A stretch of DNA of 63,692 nucleotides, counting the filler, from Octopus bimaculoides (lineage: Eukaryota): assembly GCF_001194135.2 (NCBI RefSeq). It is 4 parts of 4 records of this genome, joined end to end, with 100 filler letters (N's around TTAATTAATTAA, not from the genome) between each part and the next. Parts side by side here need not be neighbours in the genome. Positions count along the whole stretch, not along the records: positions 1 to 26,876 come from NC_068984.1; positions 26,977 to 45,183 come from NC_069003.1; 2 more parts are not named here. One strand, written 5' to 3'. The position numbers and the translations under genes were made by a program. This document shows positions 26,812 to 39,920 of the stretch, one piece after another (within the stretch, counting starts at the first letter, position 1; each line of letters opens with the position of its first letter). Under the pieces are notes generated by a model that was not told where the DNA came from, ran no database searches, and saw only the letters and a list, made by a program, of their open reading frames with translations.

Positions 26812-28789
26812 CCGTCTGTCCGTCCGTCCGTCCGTCCGTCCGTCCGTCCGTCCGTCCGTCCGTCCGTCCGTCCGTCNNNNNNNNNNNNNNNNNNNNNNNN
26901 NNNNNNNNNNNNNNNNNNNNTTAATTAATTAANNNNNNNNNNNNNNNNNNNNNNNNNNNNNNNNNNNNNNNNNNNNAATATAAAATTCAGACTGTGACTT
27001 AAAAACAAAATGTTTTTAATTTTTAAAGAAATCTTTTAAATTAAATAGTTTCTTTGGTTTGATGAGATCAGCTGCGATGCTGATGAAGCAATATTTATAA
27101 AATAACGAGGCCTAAATAGGAAAATGTGATGAATCAGTGTCTGAGGAGATGCCACACCATTATAATCTGCTTTTTCATTATGCAATTACATCAAGCTGGG
27201 TTTTAATTGTAAACAGTTTTTACAGTAATGTAGAATGTTTATATATGGCAACAAAAAAAAAAAAAAAAAAGCTTTGAATGTTGTGGATAATAAGATTTCT
27301 AACCTTAGGTCCCTTCTAATCAAGCAGACCTATGGTCAAAGTAAGCAACACATTTTCTAGTGAAAATATTAAATGAAAAAAACATGCTGTAGTTCAGTTC
27401 ATAAATACAATACGGAAATTGAGTTACACAGGAGAGTTCCACATGAGCAAGCACGCTTGGCCTCTTACTATGGAAACAAGCACCTATATATTTGTGGCTT
27501 TAATTGGCTAAAATTGTCCCAAATTTGCAAACGTTAAAAGCTATTTACTACTAATTTATGGCAAAAATTTCCATTATTTGCATACAATACACTAAATTTG
27601 AAATCAGTTGGAACAAAATTGAAAGGTGAAAGCCAATCAGAAAAGATCTGATTTGACTTTCGTTTCTAGCAGGTTGAGCAACCTTGTAGATTGGTTCTCT
27701 TATTGTCAGGGGTGCAGTGTATAAAAAACAAATTTGTCTCCACTGGGGTGTAAACTCTCATAAGTAAAGATAGTATAGCATATTTAACCGAACCATATTT
27801 TATTTACAACACCAGCATATTCAATTCTCACTGTTAAATCCAGAATATTAATTAATAATACTTATTCATGCCCTCAACAAACTAATTAACCCACCATGAA
27901 AAATATGATAAGTCAATTGAATAAGTCGTGTCAATTTGTTGAAGCAATAACATAGCTGACTTTCATCTGCAGAAATGGTTGGAAGAGGCACTCCACCACC
28001 ACCGGAAACCTTAAACGTTACTTTCTTTTCCTTCTTAAACTGAATAATTACCCTAGTTCTACCCCATACACTTCCCAAGCCTTTAATCAGTCGTCTTTAT
28101 TAGGTAACAAACACGAAGAGTTGATGGTGGTTGTGCAAGGCAACAATATTAACTAGGTTATGGCTATTCCGTCCAGTACGGAAGGAACCACGGGGATCAG
28201 AAACGTTTCACCGGATGCAAGTTGTTTTTCAAAAGCCTCTCAACCTTTGTAAATCTGATATTATAAGAGAAAAAAATTCCCCAAGGGACTCAAGGGTGGG
28301 AAAAAGTTTCCACAGATGTTCCTCATCTTGTCAAACTGATGCTGTTTTGGGGGTTTCTCAGATTTTCATCCATGTAAAATTGTAAATTTAAATAGATTAA
28401 ATTTCATTACAACTGAACATATTTTGTTCTTCGCCTTCAGTACTATTCTTCTTATTAATATTATTAGGGAGGTGAGCTGGCAGAACCGCAAGATGCTTAT
28501 TAGCGGCATGTCCTCTGTCTTTATGTTTTGAGTTCAAATAGTGGCAAGGTCGACTTTGCCTTTCATCCTTTTGGGGTTGATGCAATGAGGTCCCTGAAAT
28601 TACTGGCCTTGTGCCAAAATTAGAAAGTATTATTATTATTATTATTTATTATCTGCTATCTTATCCAAATGACCTGTTGTTTCCTCGACCAGCCCTAATT
28701 CTTGAAAATTCTCAAAGTTTTGTTAACCACTTGCTTCTCCCATGTTTATTGTTAATTACTGGCTCACTTTGTCTGTGGTTATGCCACTT

Positions 28790-31190
28790 TTACTAGGGAA
28801 TAGGGCAGCCACAGTGCTTTGCTGTTCATGATGTGCCCTCCTGTCCCACCCCACCCCCTGTACCGGAAGTCTTTATCCTCTGACCTCTACCGGAGGACTT
28901 TCTCCTGAGCACCTCTAACGGCTTTCTATACGGAACACTTTTCCCACTCCCTTCCCCTCCATCCCTACCTAGTGTTTATCTCCTGTTGAACACAGTTATT
29001 ATGTAGCGAATAAAATGATGGTGTAGTGTATGCAGGTTGAAGGCTATTTGTATGTTTACGTGATCTGTCAAACGCGAGCTTCCTTTCCAAATGCATAATA
29101 CTGCTGTCCCCTATCCCAGGTTCTTGCCGGCCCATGCCTTCCACATTCCACACCCTCAGAGTTGGCACATTGAAAGGTAGGTTTGGTGGGATTGTTGAGA
29201 TGCTTGAACAGAGATCTGTAGATTTGTGTTGCATCAAAAAAGTAAGGTGGAGAGGAAGTGCTGCTAGGTTCCTCACAGGCAAAGAATACAGATATAAGAT
29301 TTTCTAGGTGGGGAACACTGATGGGGTTGGGGGCGTGGGTATACTTCTTGCAGAGAAATGGGTGGATAATGTAATTGAAGTAGTCAGAATTTGTGATAGA
29401 ATACTTAAGCTTAGATTAGTGCTGCAACATGGATTAGCAACCATTGTCTTAGCCTATGACCCTCAGCCTGGGCTACCTGATGAACAGAAAGACCGGTTTT
29501 ATGACACCCTCTTGCAGACTACCTCATCGATGAATGACAGGGACCATCTCTTTGTGGCTGGCGAATTCAATGGGCTTGTTGGACAACATACAGGGGGCTT
29601 TCGTGGTGTGCATGGTGGCAACGGATTTGGTTCCTGCAATGAAGAGGGAACAAGGCTGCTGGAATTCTGTGATGCAAATGATCTTATGATCTGTAATACT
29701 AACTTCAGGAAACTTGCAAGTTCCCTGCTCACCTACCAGTCTGGTAGGCACACTAGTCAGATTGACTACATTCTCACCAGGAAATGGGAAAGATGGCTAC
29801 TTAGAAATGCCAAAACTTACCCAGGTGAAGAATGCACCCCACAGCATAAGTTAGTAGTTAGCGACTTCTGGATCAGGGCTAAATGGCTGCCCAGAAAACA
29901 ACCAATGTGGAAAAGAAGGGTCTGGAAGCTTAAGGATCCTCTGAATGGACAAAGATTTAGAGACTTATTACTTGAAGCTTTTGATGAAAAAGAGGATATA
30001 GCATCACGTAATGTGGAGGACAACTGGAGGTTCCTATGGGACAACTGTTGAGGGCTACTGACTAGATCTGTGGCTGATGCAAAGCCCTCTCTCGACCTAA
30101 GGTAACGTGGTGGTGGAACAATGGAGGTGACAGGTCCATTAAGGAAAAGAAACAGGCATGGAAGGACTGGAAGTATGGTGGTAGCAGGGAATTGTATCAG
30201 ATTGCCAGAAGGGTTACTAGGAGACAGGTTTACCTAGCCAGAGGGGAAGTAGATAAGAAAAGAATTTGTCAATGTTCTGCATCATGAGGACAAGAGACTT
30301 GATGTGTTTTGAATTGCAAGACAGTGTGTGAGAGAAAATCGTGATGTCATAAGAGAGAAATGTGTCTGCATGGAAGATGGCTGACTTGCATTTAATGATG
30401 CTGCAAAGGTTGCTATGAATGGGAGAAAGAGAGTCTGCCAAATGTCAACTCAACAGAGGGAACAGCTATTTGAATTGACAATACCTTGGTAGATAAGCAA
30501 TTAAGGTTATGAAGACAGGGAAAGCTCCTGGCCCATCAGGAATCACTGCTGAGATGTTTAAAATATTGGCAATGTAGGCTATAGTCTAGTTGCCTGTATA
30601 GTTAACCAGGTGATACATGAAGGAGTCATACCCAATGACTGCTGTAGCAGCACCACAGTCAACTGCTACACCGAATATGTACAGAAAACAAATTCCATCG
30701 CATGCCAGGGGGTAAAACTAGAAGTTGTTGATAGCTTCCGTTACTCAGTTTACCAAGTCAGTAGTGGGGTTGGATGCTCTGAGAGTGTAGGTACTAGAAT
30801 AAGAATAGCTGTGAAACATGGACTGTGACTGTTGAGGACATGCATAGGCTTGAAAGAAATGTAGCTAGTATACTCCGCTGGATGTGTAATATCAGTGTGC
30901 ATACATGACAGAATGTAAGCACCCTGAGAGAAAAGTTGGACATAAGAAGCATCAGATGTGGTGTGCAAGGGAGACAACTGCGATGGTATGATCATGTGTT
31001 GTGTATAGATGAGGAGAGCTGTGTGAAGAAGTGCCATACCCTAACAGGAGGGAACCCGTGGAAGAGGTAGTCCCAGGAAGACATGGTGGTGAAGCATGAC
31101 TTTCGAATGTTGGGCCTCGCAGAGGCAATGACATGAGACTGAGACCTTTGGAGATATGCTGTGCTTGAGAAGACCTGGCAAGCCAAGTGA
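28790..31190 (+). mobile_element. RTE-clade LINE with APE endonuclease and internally deleted RT core
   Basis: ORF 29308-30051 APE (GVGILLAEKW, DRILKLRL, AGEFNG, NEEGTRLLEFC, SQIDYIL, QHKLVV); pre-RT KAPGPSGI; jumps near 30670 to KLEVVDSFRY; 3' RGSPRKTW. Confidence 0.9.
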
Positions 31191-31660
31191 GATCATAGCC
31201 ATGACCAATGCCAGTGTCGCATAACCAGCCCATTTAAGAGTACCCTTCAATCGTTGGGCAATATGCTGTGTTTGAGAAGACCTGTTGAGCCAAGGGAAAT
31301 CGAAGTTGTGGCTGATACCAGCACCGCCTGACAGGCACCCGTGCCGGCAGCACGTAGAAAGCACCATTCGAGCGTGGCCAATGCCAGTGCTACCTGACTG
31401 GCACCCATGTCGGTGGCACATAAAAAGCACCATTCGAGTGTGGTTGATGCCAGTGCTGCCTGACTGGCTCCCATGCCAGTGGCACTTAAAAAGAACCCGC
31501 TTCAGTCTTGGAGAGGTTGGTGTTAGGAAGAGCATCCAGCTGAAGAAACCTTGCCAGATCAGATTGGAGCCTGGTGCAGCCTACTGGCTTGCCAGTCCTC
31601 AGTCAAACCGTCCAACCCATGCCAGCATGGAAAGTGGACGTTGAACGATGATGATGATGT
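31190..31660 (+). mobile_element. RTE-type 3' tail with ~66-bp tandem subunits, ending in (GAT)n
   Basis: Three related units (..GCCAGTGCT(A/G)CCTGACTGGC..AAAAGCACCATTCGAG..); ends CCAACCCATGCCAGCATGGAAAGTGGACGTTGAACGATGATGAT. Confidence 0.75.
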
Positions 31661-31789
31661 AAGCTGGCAGAATCATTAACACACTGGATAAAACACATAG
31701 TGAAATTTTGTCTGTCTTTACATTCTAAGTTCAAATTCCACCGAGGTCGATTTTTCTCTTTCATCCTTTTGAGGTCAATGAAATGCAAG

Positions 31790-33164
31790 AGTGGGCTGAA
31801 AAGTTCATAGGCTAACCATGAAGGAGTGATGGTAGAGCTGTGAAATCTTGCATACCTTAATTGTAACCCTTCTTATTAAAAACTGATGAGGTGTAACATG
31901 GATGGACAAAGATACTAGAAGAAGTCAAAATTATCCATACTTTCGCCAAAACTTTCTTCAGATTGACTGCAATGCCTTCAGTGCTTACTTGCAAAAACAC
32001 AGTGTTCTTGTGGTTATGTATATGAAGTTTGGCCTTGATCAGTGTTGTTCTCTTTTTTGTGTTACAAAGTAAACATGGCCATACCACTGGCAGTGTGCAT
32101 CAAGGAAGAACAGAGATCAGTGATATGATTTCCCTGGTTGTCAGGGGCTGAAATTCCTCAAAGGCTTTCAGTACAATATGGGTACAACATTCTACTATAC
32201 AGAAGTGTATATGAGTGGATTGAGAAGTTTAAAAATGACCAGGGAAGCAAGAGGGAACAGAACACCCATCAACCTCCAATACCGATGTGATGATTCAACA
32301 AGCTTGATAGTTCTGGTGAACCGACAGTGACCATCAATGTGGTGGCATGTTCTCTGCAAATTAGTCATGGTTCTGTATATGAATTCATTTACAAGCTTCA
32401 CTTCTGTAAAGTCTGTGAGAGATGAGTGCCAAGAGACAGAAATGCATAAGTGCAATTGTGTGGAGACTTGTCAACACTTACTTGACTGCTACAATGATGA
32501 AGGCAAAACATTTTGGAGAGAATCATCATAGGAGATGAGATATGAGCCCACTGCTTTGAGCCAGAATCTAAAAGGCAGAGTATAGAGAGGAAACACCTGG
32601 AATTGCCAGTGAAAAAAGAAATTACAGACTCCACAGAAAAAGTGATGCTAAACATTTTTGGGGATACAAAAGGGCCTATACTGGAACTTTACCTGGAAAA
32701 GAGGTCACAGTCACTACAGTGAAATACTGGCCAACAAACTGAAACCAGTAATTTGAAGCAGATGCCAAGGTCTCTTGTCAAAGCAAGTGTTATTGTTGCA
32801 TGACAATACTTACCCACATAAAGACACACACACTGTTGAAACCATTGGAAAGTTGGGTTTTGAGTTGCTAGGACACCCCGCATAGAGTCCTTCTGATTAT
32901 CATCTCCTTGGACCACTCAAACATCCTTTACAAGGTTGTCAATTTGTTACTGATGAAAAAGCACAGGAAATGGTGCATAAATGACCACACCACCAACCAA
33001 GAACCTTCTTCTCTGATGGAATAAGCAAGCTTGTGAACCACTGAAAGAAGTGCATTGAAAAGCAAAGGGACTATGTAAAAAAATAATGTAATTATTCAAA
33101 CCCTGCTTTTGTTTTAGTAAATTACAGATACAAGAGTGCAAATGATCTTTGATTTACCCTTGTA
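31790..33164 (+). mobile_element. Degenerate mariner transposon
   Basis: From ATG 32075: MAIPLAVCIKEEQRSVI..., decayed WVPR, GDE, HDN and HPPYSPDL-like motifs with many stops; 3' TIR-like TTTGATTTACCCTTGTA. Confidence 0.8.
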
Positions 33165-33794
33165 CCTTCAAATTCAAGACTTGGCCTGAATGCTTCTAAT
33201 GGAATAGACCCTGTTTAGAGTACGCTGGTGCACCAATGTACTAGGAGCTGAGGTTAAACCAGGGAACAGATTAAGTTTACCAAAAATAGACACAAATCCC
33301 CAACAGGCTCCACAGAATTTCTTTCACAAAGTTTTGAATTACCTGAGACCCTAAAGTGAGATGAAACCCGAAACACATATTTATGAAGTGAAATTTTGAA
33401 TTTTGTTAACCCACCACAGCCTTCATTCTCACTACCCTGTAAAACTCTTTACACCAACAACAACAACAACAAAACTATGTTTAAAATGAATTAAAATGTC
33501 AACAATGAAACTTGATCTCTCCTCCACACACACACACACTCTCTCTCTCTCTCACACACACACATATGTACACACAGACATGCACATACATGTGAGATTA
33601 GTGAAGTATTAAAACAGAAAATAATTTGATACCAATTAGATTGATTGCTGCTTAAGTGACTTTCTCAGTGTGGAATAATTAGAACAACAGTGACATTTTC
33701 ACTTTAAAACAGCACCAGATGAAATAAAGATCTGAAGACATTTTCATGTAAATTTTTTTTATTTATATATTAAAAAAAAGTAAAAGAAAGCAAA

Positions 33795-33800
33795 TTTATT
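33795..33800 (-). promoter_or_regulatory. Candidate polyadenylation signal of the ITIH-like gene
   Basis: AATAAA on the minus strand about 125 nt after the stop codon. Confidence 0.4.
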
Positions 33801-33923
33801 TTTTACGAGTTTTAAATTGATTTTTGTTTCCTCACTAAATTTCTTTCTTTGCTAATTTTTTCCCTATTTTGTAACCAATGATATTTATATACTTGGTTCT
33901 GGTTTGGTTATGGAACCTTCTGA

Positions 33924-34168
33924 TCACAGAGACTTCACAAAGAAGTTTTTCATATTCTTTCCACTGAATAACACACTGTCCTCAGCAACTGGTATTTTCC
34001 AACAAGGCTTTGTGGAACGGGAATCGAATAATTCCAGTCTTTCTATCAGTTTGGCATCGAGCTTAAAGTTTCTGCCATTACCATCATTACCATAAAGTTC
34101 TTGAGCGTTGGACAGCATTTGGAATTGCTTTGATTTCTTGGAGTATATATCTGTATGAGCAAATTGTC
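33924..34168 (-). CDS. ITIH-like: Terminal coding exon of the ITIH-like gene
   Basis: Acceptor ttgtttatttag|GACAATTT completes GLLG|QF in frame with the upstream exon. Reads QFAHTDIYSKK...STKPCWKIPVAEDSVLFSGKNMKNFFVKSL*, matching the ITIH end pattern CW.V.....L.G....Y/F.V..L. TGA stop at 33926-33924. Confidence 0.85.
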
Positions 34169-34456
34169 CTAAATAAACAAAGAAAATCAGAAACCAATTC
34201 AGTTAAATGGGACTGACATATTTCATTTAACATGCAGAAAAAAAAGCCCCCCAAAATTGTTTAATTATTTGAAATCAATTGATTATCTTTTACACGTTTC
34301 AGTCATTGAACTGTGGCCATGCTGGGGTACCACCTTGTGAGGTTTAGTTAAACATATTGACCCTAGTGCTTATTTTTATTTTTTCTCTAAGCTGTCATGG
34401 ACAACCCACAACCCACGGATTGCCTGTAGCCTGAAGGACTTTCTGAATGACATACT

Positions 34457-34667
34457 CTTTTCTTCTCTAGGCACAAGGCTCGAAATTTTTGGGGAGGGGG
34501 CCAGTTGATTAAATCGACTTCAGTATGCAACTGGTACTTAATTTTTCTACTCCAAAAGAATGAAAGGCAAAGTCAACCTCGTCAGGATTTGAACTCAGAG
34601 CGTAAAGACAGGCGAAATACCACTAAGCATTTCACCCTGTGTGCTAACATTTCTGCCAACTTGCTGC
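34457..34667 (-). mobile_element. SINE copy with 18-bp TSD
   Basis: CTTTCTGAATGACATACT at 34439-34456 and 34668-34685. Confidence 0.9.
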
Positions 34668-34920
34668 CTTTCTGAATGACATACTGAATGAAAAATTACC
34701 TTGAATTCTTTAGTAGTGCCTCCCACCAGATGATGTGTTATGTCCCATGTGGCCCACTTCTCGAAAAAGGTTGCCCATGCCTGAAAGTCTAGTTTTTATT
34801 CTTTGTTTTTTTTTTGCTGAACTGCTAAGATACAGGAACATAAACAAACCAACACTGGCAGAGAGACAAGCACTAACACAAAGATACACATTCATACACA
34901 CACACACACACATACACACA

Positions 34921-35152
34921 AGGCGGCGAGCTGGTGGAAACGTTAGCACTCCGGGCGAAATGCTTAGCGGTATTTCATCTGCCGCTACATTCTGAGTTCA
35001 AATTCTGCCGAGGTCGACTTTGCCTTTCATCCTTTCGGGGTCGATTAAATAAGTACCAGTTACGCACTGGGGTCGATATAATCGACTTAATCCATTTGTC
35101 TGTCCTTGTTTGTCCCCTCTGTGTGTAGCCCCTTGTGGGCAGTAAAGAAATT
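34921..35152 (+). mobile_element. Sister SINE with same head and core but a different 3' tail, inside (CA)n
   Basis: Same head and central domain; tail ...AATCCATTTGTCTGTCCTTGTTTGTCCCCTCTGTGTGTAGCCCCTTGTGGGCAGTAAAGAAAT; (CA)n on both sides. Confidence 0.8.
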
Positions 35153-35404
35153 ACACACATACACACACACACACACTCATATACTCACACACACACACTC
35201 ATATACACACACACACACACACACTCATATATACACACACACACACACACACGCACACAATGTGCTTCTTTCTATTTCCATCTATCAAATCCATTGACAA
35301 GGTATTAGTCAGACCAGAGCCATTGTAGAAGATACTTGGTAGTTTTATTGGCCTCAAAACTATGTGGCTGCAAAAGAAGCTTCTTAACCACCCAGCCATG
35401 TATC

Positions 35405-35730
35405 GATTGATTAATTAAAATGAATTAAAAAGCTTGATTGATTAATTAAAATGAATTAAAAAGCTTGATTGATTAATTAAAATGAATTAAAAAGCTTGAT
35501 TGATTTATTAAAATGAATTAAAAAGCTTGATTGATTAATTAAAATGAATTAAAAAGCTTGATTGATTAATTAAAATGAATTAAAAAGCTTGATTGATTAA
35601 TTAAAATGAATTAAAAAGCTTGCTTTATTAATTAAAATGAATTAAAAAGCTTGATTGATTAATTAAAATGAATTAAAAAGCTTGATTGATTAATTAAAAT
35701 GAATTAAAAAGCTTGATTGATTAATTAAAA
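35405..35730. repeat. 31-bp minisatellite, about 10.5 copies
   Basis: Unit GATTGATTAATTAAAATGAATTAAAAAGCTT; ten AAGCTT sites at 31-bp spacing; very few variants. Confidence 0.95.
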
Positions 35731-36151
35731 TTAACACTAACTGAACAATGGAGAGGGAAAAATGTCATTAGCTGTAAAATTAATTATGCTCAAAAGAGAT
35801 AGGAGAGGTAATTTCAAAATGTAGACGAATTTTAAAAATTGAATGTTGGGTAGTAGTGGCATGCAGAGTGGAGAGAAGGGTGTCTGAGGTTTGGCAAGTA
35901 TGGTAGTAATGCTAGACATGTTCCATCCATGTTACACTTCATCAGTACTTTCAAGATCTGAATCAGCTGGGAGAGAGGAAGATTGTGAATGAACGCCTGA
36001 ATTAGTGAACATTGAATGGTGTCACAAGGCAATACGGTTTAACACTACTGAAGTGTTAAAACAATGAAATGAGTAAAGAGAAATGTAAGTATATAAATAT
36101 TTGTATGCCTATGTGTATCTATCTGTGTGTGTGTGTGTGTGTGTGTGTGTT

Positions 36152-36183
<32 letters not shown>

Positions 36184-36489
36184 TGTGTGGAGAGAGAGAG
36201 AGAGAGAGCGAAAGAAGTACAATGAGTATACATTTCTTTCACGGTAGATGAAAGGATTCTGTGCTAATTGGTATCATATTCCTTATAGTTATTATACTAA
36301 GTGAAGCAGAAACTTTAAATGACAACTCATTTCCTCTTCTTCTTTCTTCTACCTCCTCCTCCTCCTCCTTCTTCTTTTTCTTCTTATCAGTTGAACACTG
36401 GGGTTGATGTAATCAACACATCCCCTCCCCAAAATGGCTACCCATGTGGCAAAATTTGTAACCATTATTATTATTATTATTATTACTGC

Positions 36490-36730
36490 AGAATTGTTGG
36501 CAGGCTGGGCAAAATACTCTCTGTGGCATTTCATCCATCTTCATGGTTTGAGTTCAAATGTCTGTAAAGTTGACTGTCTTTCATCATTTTGGGGTTGATA
36601 GAATAAGTACCAGTTGAGAACTGGGGTGATTTAACCCCTTCCCCTATAGCAGAAAGGATTATTATTATTATCATTATTATTATCATTATTATTATCATTA
36701 TTATTATTATTATCATTATTATTATTATTA

Positions 36731-36776
<46 letters not shown>

Positions 36777-36944
36777 GGCAGTGAGCTGGCAGAATCGTTA
36801 GCATGTTGGGCAAAATGCTTAGCAGCATTTCATCTGTCTTCACGTTCTAAGTTCAAATTCTGCTGAGGTCGATGAAACACTGGGGCTAATGGCATTGACT
36901 ATCCCCTCCCACAAATTTCAAGCCTTGTGCCTAAAGTAGAAAGG

Positions 36945-36948
<4 letters not shown>
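36490..36948 (+). mobile_element. Two SINE copies separated by (ATT)n
   Basis: Same head and core; tail-to-tail with the R4-like LINE at 36985. Further copies lie near 28466-28628, 31660-31790, 54268-54476, 58755-59290 and 60680-60832. Confidence 0.8.
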
Positions 36949-36984
<36 letters not shown>

Positions 36985-36986
<2 letters not shown>

Positions 36987-39468
36987 TACTTTTAATCTGC
37001 ATGTTTGTTACAATCACTTGCTGAGACACACCCAATGTTCTAGGGTGAGTGAAGGATAAGAAATGTTATGATATGATTGAAAGCTTGGGAAGGAGAAGTG
37101 GAAGGGGCAGTGGCAAAATATCTTCATGTAATACAACACAGACATTTAAATTGACAGGATTTTTCTAAGGATGTGGGCAGTACTTGTCAGCACAATCTTT
37201 TGGATTTCTCTGAGAAATGGGATATTATCCTGGGATGTTTCTGACATCCCTATCATACCGAGGGTGCCCACAATGACAGGAATAGTTCTCGCTTTAAGAT
37301 GCCACATCTTTTGTATTTCAATTTCCAGGTCTGTATATATACTTAATTTGTCAAATTCCTTTACAGATGTGGGAACTCTTACATCTATTAGTCTACAAGT
37401 ATCTTCTTCCCTGACTTTAATGACTATGTCTGGTCGATTAGCCTGGATCATTCTGTTGATGTTGACTGGAAAATCCCAGAGGATAGTGACATTTTTACCT
37501 TCAAAAACTGGCTCAGGGTGATGTTCATACAAGTAAGCAGGAGTGCTGATTTTGTAATGTTTACATATTTTCCGATGTAAATATTTTCCTATCATGGTGA
37601 TTTTTGTATTCGTTTGGTATCCGCACAGAACATCCTGAGATGAGATGGTCTATTGTTTCATCAAATTTATTGCAGAATCTGAATTTTGGGTGAGAACAGT
37701 TTTGAAGAACATTAGCCAGGTAGTTTTTGGTAAGCAAGATTTGTTCTTGTGCTGCTAGTATGAAACCTTCAGTCTCTGCTCTCAGTCCTGAGCTTCTCAG
37801 CAACTGATGGGTTGTTACTTGGTCAGCATCAGCATTTCGTTCTGGATCCACTGCTTCTCAATTTGTTTCTGCCTGTTCTTTTCTGCAGTCTGTTTAATAT
37901 GTTGGGCATGTTTGGTGGCAGTGGTTTCAGATTCTTTATCTAATTCAGGGTTAATACCAAATTCCCTTGTGAATTTGCAAGCTTCCTTGACAATAGAATG
38001 TGATTTCTTGTTGCTTTTGTTTGCACTCAAGCCACAGCATCCAGTCCTCTGTATTAGATAAATACTTTTTCATTGCTATTATAGAAGTCTTATAGCGCAG
38101 TTCTACCTGCATCGTTCCTCTTCCCCCATTACTTCTAGGTAGGTACAGATGATCAACGTCTGCTTTTGTGGGGTGGGGGGATGCATGTTCTTAGTAGTTT
38201 TCTTGTCTTCCTGTCCAGGCATTGGAGCTCTGTAAGATTCCAGTTAATGATGTTAAAACTGTATTGGACAACTGGAAGTGCCAGGGTGTTAATGACTTCG
38301 ATGCGGTTTTTGGAGTTGGGCTCAGTTTTAGTATGAGTCTTACTCTCCTGTAATATTTCTTTTTTATGTTTTCCTTCATAGTAGCATGTTGTACACCATC
38401 TCCTACATTTATCCCCAAGTATTTATAGCTTACTTGTGAGTCAAGCTCCTTGATGGTAGTGTCGGTATCTAATTTAATGGAAGCTGTTTGTTTGAGCTTA
38501 ACTCTCACAAAAGTTGCTTTAGCACACTCATCAAGGCCAAAATCCATCCCGATGTCATTGCTGAACTCTTTAACAGTTGTTAACAGCCCTACTAGCTCTT
38601 CGTCATTTCTAGCAAATAACTTCAGATTGTCTGTATAAAACAGCTGGTTTGCTATAATATTATATACTTTGAACCCATACCTGGTGTTACTCAGTTCGTT
38701 TGAGAGTGGGATCAATGCCATGCAAAAGAGTAATGGGGAGAGGAAGTCACCTTGAAAGATGCCTTGTTTGATGTTGATGTTGTTAGATTGGTTCATCCCA
38801 TTACTATGGTGTAGAAGGAAACGTGTATTCCACTTGGCCATGCTACCATGCTAAGAATATGGAGATGACAGGAGAGATCTTATATATCTAAGGGCCTTGA
38901 GTAGCCAATTATGTGGGACACTACCAAACGCTTTCCTGTAGTCTATCCATGCCATACTCAGGTTCTTCTTGTTGCTTCGGTAATTCTCTAGAATCATTTT
39001 ATTTATGAGAAATTGATCTTTGCATCCATAAGAATTCTTTTTATAACCATGGTGTTGAGACATGTAATTGGTCAGTAGTTCTTTGGATTTTTTGTTTCTT
39101 CAGTTTTTGGTAGAAAATATGTTGTTCTTTCGGTCAGCCAGGCATATATTTGCTCTGGGTTCTGGATGACATCAGTTAGTGATGCAGCAAAATTCAGCCA
39201 GAAGTTAAGGATCTGGTCCAGTCCTGGGGTTTTCTATTTGTGAGACTTTCTAAGAACACATCCTAATTCTCCTACTCCTTTTGCCTCCCATTTCTACTCT
39301 TCAGCCTCATCCAGTCTTACTTTCTTACGTTCTATCTAATGAGCTTCAGCATTATATTCTTTTTTGTTGCTCCATATCTTCTTCCAAAACTCTTCCATTT
39401 CTTCCGTCTTAGGTGGCTCCTTTACTTCTATCTTGCTTTTGCCAATTTCCCTACAAAATTTCTTTGTA
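36985..39468 (-). mobile_element. R4/Dong-like non-LTR retrotransposon (RT plus CCHC plus RLE), 5'-truncated and frameshifted
   Basis: AWIDYRKAFGSVPH, QGIFQGDFLSPLLF, FYTDNLKL (YADD equivalent), ETEGFILAAQEQ, C..C...ETIDHLISGC, WDFP...NRPDI...IDV..P...K; microsatellite tracts on both sides. Confidence 0.9.
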
Positions 39469-39920
39469 TCATCATCATCATCATCATCATTATTATTTTT
39501 TATTATTATTTCCATTTTGTTGCTGTTCTTGTATTACAGTGAGTCCTAACTGATTTTGCAGTCAATTTAAAGACTCACACACACATACATGTAAAAATAA
39601 ATCCCCAATTTAAAGTTGTTTGATAAGGTTTCACTTAAGTTATGTATATTTAAACATTTTGTACTAGAAACACTAATGTTGCAAAAATTTCCATAATCTA
39701 CTTAATTACTACCATGATTCTAAGACAGTATCTTTTACCATTTTACCAAATTAAAAGTCTTTCGGTTTTATTTTAAGAAACCATTATCCTGATATTACCC
39801 AGATCACATATCTAGAGAAGTTAATGGTTGAACTTTTCATTTGCATTAACCAACTTTTATGATCTTTCTTTGAGAAAATCCTCAACTGCCATATTTTATG
39901 ACATACAAGTCAATGTAGTA

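Noticed and set aside
26877-26976. TTAATTAATTAA island between N runs, repeated at 45184-45283 and 62436-62535
   Set aside because: Each is exactly 44 N + 12 bp + 44 N = 100 bp, and the 12-mer gives stops in all six frames; this is an artificial scaffolding spacer.
35405-35730. CRISPR-like array
   Set aside because: Units are contiguous with no unique spacers, and the context is eukaryotic.
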